From Kondoa subrosea (taxonomy: Eukaryota): DNA of 64,000 nt. The DNA is taken from positions 4,067,347-4,131,346 of the forward strand of contig BCIN01000001.1 of NCBI GenBank assembly GCA_039545335.1, in the 5' to 3' direction. Below the pieces are notes generated by a model. That model worked only from the letters and a program-made list of their open reading frames with translations, searched no databases and was not told where the DNA came from. The translations under genes and the position numbers were made by a program. Shown here one piece after another: positions 14,303-28,803 of this stretch. Position 1 is the first letter of the stretch. Each line of letters opens with the position of its first letter.

Positions 14303-14688
14303 CTTGAAGGAACTACTTGGTGGATAGGATTATAGAAAAATGTGAGACAGGAAAGCACTGTGAGATTGGAGGGAAAAAAGAATGAAAGGGGTTGTAAAGA
14401 AAGTAGGGCGCACAAAGCAGTATACATATCAAGGTTTAGAACTGATAAGAGATTAGAGCTAATCGCGAGACATGTTTCTCCGTTCCGATAGGGAAAACTC
14501 GGAGCACCTTGCGGGCACTCAACCGTACATTAGCAAATACGAGCTGATCTGATCAGTCTAACAATACGCGCGAGACTGAGAGAATGCCAAGAGAAAGAAG
14601 AAAAACAGGAATGAAGAAATTTGTGCACATATCGACACAATACTTTACGAATATCCCAGCGATCTTGCCTAAATCAAAGACAGCCTCA

Positions 14689-16032
14689 TCATATACTCAG
14701 TGCCATTACTAGAACAACAAGCACCAAGCAGCTATATGGTCGAATTGTTTGACCACTTGCCTGAACCTGGTTGTCAGAATCTACCGTAGGTCTCGCTGAA
14801 GTAGTAGCAGTGACGGTCTTCACTCGAGCATTATTTTCACCAGTCTTGACTACAGCTTTCGTAGTGAGACTAGAACTTGTAGCGAGATCTACGAGAGGAG
14901 GTACGGAACTGGTTGGACCAGCCTTAGGAATGTTATTATCAGAAGCACTAGAAGCAGGTGCAGGTGCAGAAATCGGAGGTGGAGCTGGTGAAGGTGATGG
15001 AGAAAGAGAAGGAGCAAGAAGGTTAGGCGTGCGGCTGGTCTTTTGCTGAGCTTGCAATTGAGCAGCCGCATCTGCTGAGCTCTTTGCGGCCGCTGCTACA
15101 GCTGCCGCTAGTACAACTGCCTCCGTTTTCTCCTGTTGAGCCTTCTTCTCGTCATCGGTCATTACTGAAAGATGAAAGAAACCAAGTCAACAAATCCTCA
15201 AGGCAAAGCATGCTAAAAATGTACCTCTGCAGCCCTTAATATAAACAGTAAAGATAGAGAGGTACTGCGAGCTGCCCAAGATAGCACTAGCTTGTGCCCC
15301 GACCGAAAGAAAGAGATTAGGTTTCGTTATGACCTTGTAATTGGCCGACATGAGTCCTATGTTAGCTGAACCATCTTTGTTGCCTGAAATTCCAGTGCTG
15401 CCTCCTTTCATAGTAGCAGTAACAGTGTAAGGCGTAGAATTATCATCTCCAATTTTCGGTAAGAAGCCATCCTTTGGATCTCCAAAATGGCCAGTAATAC
15501 CGTAAGCATCGTCATCCATCTTGAGAGTTTGTCCAGAAGGAATCGATAACGCAGAACCACTTAAGGCTGTGCATTTGCCTGGACAGCCATCGTAAAACCT
15601 CGCTGCTAATGTACCAGTAGGCCCTTCAGATCCAGAGGATTCAGACGTGAGTTTGAGCGAGAAGGGAGGAGTATCAAGATTATCATCAGATCCAGTAGCC
15701 CAAATCAAATTGAACGCCGCTGCTTGATCTTCTTCGATCCGAAAATTGACTGAATAGATAAGAGGATTATCGTCAGATGGATAGATGTATTGATTTGGTG
15801 AGGTCAGATGAGGGTTGTTCGTATCCCTCGATACAATGAAGAGAACTCTTCCATCAGTGTCTTTCATGTCTGTTCCGATCTTGCCGCCCGCTGCTGCCCA
15901 TTTAGCCAAGTCCGAGGACTTGTACGTATCTTCTGCTGCTACGGTGTCCGCAGGGCAGTCAGCCGAGACGCGCTTCAAATTGAAAGCGAGAAGTAGGCAA
16001 GCGATTGACCAGAAACGTGAACTAAAACGCAT
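14689..16032 (-). CDS. Secreted, probably GPI-anchored protein of unknown function
   Basis: Signal peptide MRFSSRFWSIACLLLAF, Cys-containing globular region, Ala/Pro/Ser/Thr stalk and hydrophobic C-terminus (CLVLVVLVMALSI*). Two ORFs joined by one short intron near 15167-15223. Confidence 0.7.
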
Positions 16033-16419
16033 GGAACCAAGAGCAAACTAGAGACGAGAGCTGATGCTGCTCGTTTAGAAAGGACCAGGCCAGAATCCGA
16101 GAGCTGTATTCAAGATTTTGCGACAAAGGGGAATTCTATTCTTCATCTTGGCCATACAAGCAATTCAGGCATTCAGCCCTGCAGGTCATGCCCCGCATTG
16201 AGTCTTTTCTGTTCTATTCATCGGCCGTTTGCCAGGGATTCGAGGGATTCGAGTCATGCAATAGGTTTGCCGAGCTTTGACTGGTGCACATGTCTACGCC
16301 AAAACTGCGGGCCTCTTGTTCTCGAACGGGTATCTCCTCTGCTCTCCTCTGCTGGATATCATACAGTCTGGTATTCTCTTTGCTTTGCTTTCTATCGTTG
16401 CTCGTCAAAGCTCGTTCTA

Positions 16420-18170
16420 ATGTCGCTTCAACTCGACTCTCGCTATCCGTATCCTTATCTTCCTTTACCTAATTCGCATATCTGGATTACTCCTTCTATC
16501 GATTCTGATGAAGAAGCGATGATCAGGCTGTCCGTTGATCGCTCCCCATTGCATTGCAATCTGATTGTAATTGTAGGAACAACTGGCCAGATGTAGCTCT
16601 TCGAAGCTATTCTGCTCCATTTCCTTACATGGCAGAAGACGCTCGAAAAGACATTCAATCTTCCACCGTTGTTTCTAAAACGATGAGCGCTCAGGAACGA
16701 GAGGAGGATGTTGTGTCTGAAGACCTACTGCGAGTCATTCGCGATTCTCGTACTCAGCAATTAGTGTGTCTCTCTTCTTTTGTGCTTCGCCTGTTCTCAT
16801 CGAACTTGGTATAGTTGGGATTGATCAAGTGTTGGAGTCTCGCAAAAGAATGGAAAGAGTTACAGCTGAAAGAAGGAACAGAAGTATGGGTTCTAGGCTA
16901 TAAGATGTTACCCGAAGGACGAGGGAAAGGAATTATGGCAAGTGCTGTTCGGACATTGGTTGAATTCATGGTTACGCGCAATAAGATTGAACTGCTTCTT
17001 GGTGAGTCGCGCGAGCTAGCTTTCACAAAAAATCGTGACTGACAAGAGAATTCAAGCATATGCTGAAAGCGACAACCCACAATCGCAAGCCGTTCTCACA
17101 AGATCAGGCTTCGTCAAGTTCAAAGAACGGATACCTCTAGCTTGGGTATGACCAACTCTTTCAGTATCTTATTCGAGATCTGAGGGGCCTCCTACAGCCC
17201 GAGAAGAAAGGAGGAGGTTTCAAAGATTTTGACCATTTCTCCTACAAGAACGAAATTATCAATCACGGTCACAAGAACGAGCTAATTGATCTACCTTCCA
17301 AAGTACAATTCGGAACTCGCTATCCTTACCTTCCTTTACCTGAATCCAATATTTGGCTCACACCATATATCGATGCAGATGAACAAGCTCTGATCAGACT
17401 GTAGGGATGTTTTCGCTCTCAACACAACTCAGCTGATGAAAGGAGACAGAAACAACTTACCGGATGTAGCTTTACGAATGCATCGCGTGCCGGTCCCTTA
17501 TACATCAGAAAATGCTCGGAAAGAGATTCAATCATCTGTTGAAGCTTCTTCGTTGGTAAATGCTCAGAATCAAGAGGATGGCAAGGTGTCTTCCGATCTA
17601 TTGCAAGTCATCCGAGATTCTCATACTCAGCAATTGGTGAGTATCTTCTCCCCTGAAGCACGAATTTATCCCAATGCTAATGGAACTCATATAGCTGGGA
17701 TGCATGAACTGCTCAAACATTTCGAAAGATTATAAATACTTGCAGCTGAAACAAGGTACCGAAGTATGGATCTTAGGATACAAGATGTTACCTGAAGGAA
17801 GAGGCAAAGGAATAATGGTAAAGGCGGTTAATACGTTGATCGAGTTTCTAGTCCAAAGGAATAAGATTGACCTCGTTCTAGGTCAGTGCTGTTTCTCCTA
17901 CTTTTGTTCTACTCTTTGATGAATCTTCCTAGCTTATGCTGAAAGCGACAATCCTCAATCACAAGCGGTTCTCACTCGATCAGGTTTCGTTAAGTTCAAA
18001 GAACGGATTCCTCTGGCTTGGGTACGGCTTTCGCCTATTGTATCGCAGAACTTCAGCTGATGTGTTGCTTTTAGCCTGAAAGCAAAGGCGGAGGATTCAA
18101 AGACTTTGATCACTTCTCATACAAGAACCAGATTATCAATCACGGGCATAAGAATGAGCTGACGGATTGA
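16420..18170 (+). CDS. Tandem double GNAT (RimJ/RimL-like) N-acetyltransferase
   Basis: Each half has motif A (LGYKMLPEGRGKGIM) and motif B (ESDNPQSQAVLTRSGF). The halves are joined in frame at about 17290. Confidence 0.8.
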
Positions 18171-18274
18171 GTTTGTGCTATGCATCTTGTAAGAACAAGG
18201 CGACATGAATACAATCTATCGTGCTGTATATAATGACCCAATATCTTGTTGCTCCGGAACGATCATCACTCAGT

Positions 18275-19922
<1,648 letters not shown>

Positions 19923-19934
19923 ACCTTTGCTATG

Positions 19935-20420
19935 TTCCTGAATTTTTAGTAAGTACGGTCAATGTCGCTTTTGCCTTGTCTAGGCTGACTAGCTCGCTGA
20001 TAGCATCCTGAGCAAGCATCCTGAGCAGCGCGTATATATGCGTCTCTGTCCGCCATGAGGCTCGTTATGGATGAAATTCATCCAGTCAGTCAAAGTCGTG
20101 TCAAGCCTTCTCTAGGCTACGTTTCAAAAATTTTGAGTGGCCGAAGACATCAAAACTCTGCTTTTGCTTCTTTTCTCCCTTCTTCTTTCATTCGACAACT
20201 TATATCCTAAAGATTCCCGATGATACCCATTTGTGCGGCAGGGGCTGTTCAGACTGTGAAACAACCGGTTTGCCGGGGCAACACACCTGACTCAAGCTAT
20301 GGTATACACCTCTTGAAGATAGCCTTGTTATCAAGCGCTTCTTCAAAAACTTTCTCTTAAAGTTTCTTTTCGTTGCTTTCCTTACTGTTCCGCGTTTCCT
20401 GTCGGACTTTGGCTGTTGGC
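19935..20420 (-). pseudogene. Degenerate copy of an unknown protein gene (copy A)
   Basis: Fragments KVFEEALDNKAIFKR and RVLMSSATQNF*NVA*RRLDTTLTDWMNFI align codon-wise with copy B but carry stops and frameshifts. Confidence 0.55.
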
Positions 20421-21240
20421 TATCATTTGTAGGCATCAACCAATGCACTGTCTATGCATTAATCGTCAAATTAATAAGCATTCGGGCTATGGGTAAAACT
20501 ATAGTTGTGCAATTGTTAAGGTTGATCTCCTCTCTCTTGAGAGCTAGGCGGAGGATCACTTGCGCTGTGTACGATGCATTGTCGACTTCTCGAGAAGAAT
20601 TTTGACTGCTTAGTAAGCGGGACTTCGAATCGTGACACTTGAAATATCTTGGATTGCGTGCACCAACTCGACATTTACAGCCTAGCATACACATCACTCA
20701 CGCACGCTCCCTGGCTCTTAAAGTCTTTCTACTTCCATACCCGAATAGCGCACAATAGACTTAAGCACACAGATTGAAAGACCGAAAATGTTGCATTGTC
20801 GCATACTTTCAAGTAAGCTGCTCGCATCTCGCTCGAGTCTTTCGGGCCTGACTATTTTTGAACAGCGCTGGTCAGATAGAATGGCACCGCGCTGGATCTG
20901 CTCTTAACAGGAAAGGTCAGTAGTGACAGTCTTTTACCTTGTCAATTTCCTGTTCGCTTATGTGCTGCTCTGCGCGAATTAACAGCCGAGGTCAAAGAGA
21001 TGTCAAGCCTCTTACTTTAGTGATGAATGCGCCGATGTCTTCCTATTTTCAATCCGAAAGCGGCTGCTTTCCTGGTTTATATCTCGACGATTCGACACAT
21101 ACTTTCGGCCAAGAGCTGCTACCAGTACAGACCCTCTTGACCTACGAGACTTTGTACGTTTCCCTTGCACATCGACCATATCTCTGTACTTCATTGTCAA
21201 TTCAGATTTCAGAACGATCAGCAGAAACCTCCTAGAGACA

Positions 21241-21555
21241 ATGGTCTGTTCAGTCTAGCACGGCGTCCTTCTGCTACTACTGCTACTGTTCCTGCTTCAT
21301 CTGAAACCCAAATTCAGCCGCAATGATTGTCAGCCGAATTTGTGTTGCGCTCTGATAACGACAGAGAATTGGTCTCTCCAGAGCCGGGCTGCACAGGATG
21401 AAGTAGATAGATGAATTCCTTGAGTGGTACGTGTCGTATCTTGTTTGCTGTGATCAGGCGCCGGTTGAACGCTCGATCTAGTTTCTTTTTAAGGAGCTTG
21501 TGCTAACGCAAGCACTATTAAGTTCAAGGGTCAGTCCTATCGCAGTACTCTACAT
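21241..21555 (+). pseudogene. Truncated decayed copy of the 5' end of the 22776-24094 gene
   Basis: Aligns with 22776-23090, including a residual splice donor (gtcagc vs gtcagt), but is disrupted and ends early. Confidence 0.55.
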
Positions 21556-21589
21556 TGAAGCTTGCTGGGAAAGCTAATTCTACTTCCAG

Positions 21590-22260
21590 ATACTATAGGT
21601 GTGCAGCGCTTCTCGTCGCCGTCCTGATTGCTTTGGCAAATGAAGCAGTTACGAAGAATTCCCGCTCCCAGCCCTCCACTGCGGTCATAGATAGGAGAAG
21701 ATCACCAGTAGCTTCAATACGCCTTTGATGTCCAAATAGCTTGTGCTGCAATCCGTCTCGAGTCTTTGTAAGTCCAGTCAATCTCGCTTCTGGCTTCTGC
21801 AAGCTGACGAGCGCGCTACCAGTACCTTTACTAGCTTGTAGAGCCTTCGTGGCGCGTCATTAGGCTCGCCTCCTCGCAATTCGTGCGGTCACAAATGAAA
21901 TTTATCTAGGCGGTCAAAATCGTGTCAAGCCTTCTCTGCGCTGCTTTCTGAAATTCTCGAGTGGCGAAGGACATTAAAACCCTGATTATCTTCTTGTCTC
22001 CGCTTCTCTCATTCGACATTCGACAACTTATATCCTAAAGATTCCCCGATGATACCCATTTGTACAGCAGGGACGTTAGAGTGCGACAACATCCGATCTG
22101 CGGGGCAACACACCTGACCTTTGCTATGGTATACCCTCTTGAAGATGGCCTTGTTCTCAAGCGCTTCTTCAAAGACTCTTTTTAATACTTGGGTTTTTGC
22201 CCTTTGCTTTTCGTGTTTCTTTTACTTTTCGTACCACTTTATCTTGGGTGTTTTTGTGCA
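21590..22260 (-). pseudogene. Degenerate copy of an unknown protein gene (copy B)
   Basis: Fragments RVFEEALENKAIFKRVYH, RVLMSFATREFQKAAQRRLDTILTA*INFI and RARQLAEARSEIDWTYKD. A 7-bp ATTCGAC duplication at 22011-22024 shifts the frame. Confidence 0.55.
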
Positions 22261-23090
22261 GGGATTGAGGTATCAACTATCGGTCTGTAAGGATTGCATC
22301 CTAGTATATGTCCCTGAAATGAGTAATCGGTATCAGATGCTATTTTCGCGAGCCAGATTGAGGGATCACTCGTATAGTGCATTGTATCGGACAGGTGTAA
22401 ATCTTACACGTCTTCTGCTCGGTTAGCCATTGACCCTTAGTAAGCAATAGAATTCGGATGGCTTCAAGTTGTTTTCCACATCATCGGGTCACGAGCGAGC
22501 CTTAAATCGAGATACCAGTCAGGGCTATACACAGATCACCTTCTGAGACTACAAGCTAGTTGTACTCCTCTATTGCCCTGCTCTCACGCGTCTTTGTTTT
22601 TCTCTTGTTAATATCTCGTCAGGCACTTTCGCCCAATGGGCTTCCATGATTCTACTAGACCTCCTTAGGCTATGGCGCTCTCTTCCTTTGTTTCTCTTGC
22701 ACATCCACCACCTCTATTAAAACTCAAAGCTCAAAGTAAATACTTAATCATCAGTCGAAACCTCTACAAGACAGCATGGATAGCCCAGCACGTCGTATTC
22801 CCTATGCTATAGCTGCTGCTGTTTCTGCTTCGCCTGGTCAATCTAAATTCAGCCGCATTGGGGGTCAGTAGAATCTGTGCTGCACTCTGATGACGATACA
22901 AAACTGACCTGTGTACAGGAGGACCTGCAAAGAAAGCAGCAGTTGGATCAACTCATGAGAAAGTATGTGTCTTGTATGCCGTTCGGCGCGCTTGCTGAGA
23001 ATCCTGTTTGTTGAGTCTCTCGAAGCAGAGGACAATGTTGCTGCTGGTGCAAGCAATGTGCAGATTAAGGGTAAGTTTTATCGCAGTATC
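21755..23090. repeat. Segmental duplication, copy B
   Basis: Diverged direct repeat of 19935-21555, with the same blocks in the same order. Confidence 0.85.
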
Positions 23091-24094
23091 GCTGATTCAG
23101 AGCTAATTTGTCTCGCAGGTTCTGAAGGTATGCTGTATACCTTGGTATCGAAGCCATATTGACTGCTTTACCATATCAGAACGCAGTTTGAAGGAAATCT
23201 TCTCTGCTGGACCTGTTGACTCCGGCTATGGTTGGGATAAGGTTGCCAATGGTATTGATGTGCCCGTTTCTGGTGTTGTGTATGTTCTTGCACGCCTACA
23301 TACGTCTCAAGCTGATATCTGTTCCGGCAATAGTACTGCTGGTAATGGTAAAGATATCGCTTCTGGTCTACTTGCAAGCGGAAAGACTGGTAAGTCATCT
23401 GTATTGTAGTACTGAGACATTACTGATGTCGTTGTAGAAACCGATGTGAGTTGTGTCCGAATGCTAAGTTGTTATTGGCTCTCAACCTCGTGCAAGCAGG
23501 CCGAAGTCGACAAGCTGGCGACTACCACTAGTAAGCTTAACATTCTTTGGTTCATCGAATGTATCTAATAGGCATGTTCTCGCTATTTCGTGCAGATGAA
23601 ATTGATATCAAAGGAGGAAAAGATGTAGATGCTCAAGTCGCTCATGATGCTGATAGTGACACTGTAGAAGGTCAGTTATCTTTGCTCTTTGCTGTAAATT
23701 ATTTCTAACGACAGTGTTTTACAGCTGCTGCCGGTATCTTGGTTGCTATCCTTTGGAAGAGATTCTTTCGCTGACACTTCTGCTTCTCGTACAGATAAGT
23801 CCTCTGACTCTATCGATAGCAATACTTCTTTTCACACTCAATGTCCCTCCGACACTGAAGAAAATCGAAAGCTATTGGCCGATACCATCGCTGGATACGC
23901 AGAGATCGACAGACAGATCGGTGTGTTCTCCTATCTTTATTTCGTATTTCTTAGACGACTGTATTGATACCCATCTAGCTGCAAAAGAAGCTGCTGCTAA
24001 AGCCTTGGAAGAAGGCGAAGTCAAAGATGGAGATTTGGTCATGAAGGAGGAGAGCATCTCTACTCTTTCTGAAGGAGAAGAGGGAGAGTTGTAA
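22776..24094 (+). CDS. Hypothetical acidic low-complexity protein with many small exons
   Basis: ATG at 22776 (MDSPARRIPYAIAAAVSASPGQSKFSRIG), about 10 canonical short introns, microexons 23119-23127 and 23438-23445, and last exon ..EESISTLSEGEEGEL*. Confidence 0.6.
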
Positions 24095-24577
24095 ATCATA
24101 TCATTCTTCGTCTGCATACTTCAGATGTATTGCGAATCATTTTTCTTGTATTCCTTAGGCTATTGTAATCTTAATTCATTATTCTGCATACACTCGACGC
24201 TTGTTTCGCCGATGGGACATCAGCCACAGCGCAGATATATATTAGCAGTAGGACAGTGTAGGCGAGGAGCATTGCAAGATTAATCCCGCATAATGGAAGA
24301 CGTACTAAAGAGGAAAAGAGATCAAGGTACAAATACTGAAGCACCATAGGACACAGCAGCAAAACATAAGGATGTGACGAAAAGAATTGAGCCAAAACGG
24401 GAAGAGAAGATAGACATTCGAGTTGATTTCTAAATTCTAATGCAGTTGAAGAAGATGATAAGACTGCCTTTCATTGGCCAGTCTGTAATACATGCCCGGC
24501 ATACGAACCTCTAGCACTCTCTTGCTTATGGCTTTGAGGAAGATCTGACGAGAGAGAGAACCTGGAAGAGCGCAGAA

Positions 24578-24691
24578 GCAAAGTCAGCTGTACATTCACC
24601 TAGATCTGAGCTGCGAATATAGAGGGATAGCTCCGATATATGCTTGTCAATTGTTATCGCCTAAGCGATAGCCGCATTGTGATCACCCTGC
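24578..24691 (-). ncRNA. Box C/D snoRNA, snR74/U27(SNORD27)-like, predicted guide for 18S rRNA Am28
   Basis: Terminal stem GCAGGG/CUUUGC, C box GUGAUCA (24686-24680), guide GACAAGCAUAU (24648-24638) complementary to conserved 18S AUAUGCUUGUC, D' CGGA (24635-24632) and D box CUGA (24587-24584). The +5 rule lands on A28 (yeast numbering). Confidence 0.75.
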
Positions 24692-24976
24692 CTTTGCAAG
24701 CGGGCAAAAGATAGGCACAAAAGTTTTTCTTCTTTGAAAGCAAGAGAAGGGTGAGGCAAGATGGAATGAGACCTACATTGTTATTGTATACGACGTCCAC
24801 GAGCAGGATAACGAAATACCTTGAAGCGAGGTTTGGTTCAGATCAAGAGATCATGTTGAATTTCGGTTGAAGGCAACACGAAGATTTTGTACGATGAGCA
24901 TGATAATACAGAATGCGTGCTACTAACTTGCATGCCTACACTAATAATGAAGACTTTCCCTTACAGACACATCATT

Positions 24977-28273
<3,297 letters not shown>

Positions 28274-28803
28274 GGCTGTAATGAGAAAACAAAGGCTGAT
28301 CAGCTTAATTGCCCGAATTCATGCATGCGTTCATCAGAGGGGAAGGATAAGGCGTAGATAAGAAACCTGAGTACGTCGAATAGTGCTTCCCGCATTGCTA
28401 GGCTTGCGGATACTTGTTCGAATCTTCGCGGAGCTTTCACCGCCACTTTCTCGCTGGCTGGCCTTGCAGCATTGAGTGCCGTGTATGTGAAGCTTGCTAT
28501 GATACTGTTGCACAGCGACGGTTCGCAAGATTGCCTTCAATATTCGAAAGTGCGGAGGTTCTCGAGGATTCAGGCAAACAGAAAGCCAGGCGCATTGAAG
28601 GTAGTGATCGAGGGCAGACAGAAAGGTAGCTACTAGGAAGCGTCCACTGACCTGTGAGATGTGAGAAGCAAAAAAGAGCTTGTTGTTCGGAACAAGAACT
28701 CGACAACTCAAAGTCGCCAATAAGATCGCTCGGTTATCGTTTCCGGTTGTTTAATGGTAATACATGCTATTGTACAGTCTGTGCAGAGTCAATGTGTCCT
28801 ACT

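Larger units (their letters stand above)
19935..21555. repeat. Segmental duplication, copy A
   Basis: Collinear similarity to 21755-23090, e.g. shared ATTCGACAACTTATATCCTAAAGATTCCC, GGGGCAACACACCTGA, CTCTTGAAGAT, TCAAGCGCTTCTTCAAA, CTTAGTAAGC, AAATTCAGCCGCA and TATCGCAGTA. Confidence 0.85.

Noticed and set aside
13900..14640. TPP riboswitch at the urea transporter gene, as known for some fungal SSS transporters
   Set aside because: No CUGAGA...UGAU...AAU...GCG aptamer arrangement on the sense strand in the leader or first introns, and the protein is a canonical Dur3.
20002..20027. 13-bp tandem repeat AGCATCCTGAGCA x2 as a target-site duplication
   Set aside because: The copies are adjacent with no element or terminal repeats. 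It is most simply a slippage event inside the pseudogene.
24236..24250. Second snoRNA guide (UGCUAAUAUAU vs 18S, snR53-like)
   Set aside because: No D/D' box at the spacing needed for the known site and no convincing C box or terminal stem. It could simply be a branch-site-like GCTAA.
24588..24720. Alternative reading of the snoRNA locus as H/ACA (AUAACA H box, ACA-gcu end)
   Set aside because: Pocket-to-ACA spacing is short and the implied target (18S U24) is not a pseudouridine site I know. The C/D model fits a known Am28 site by the +5 rule.
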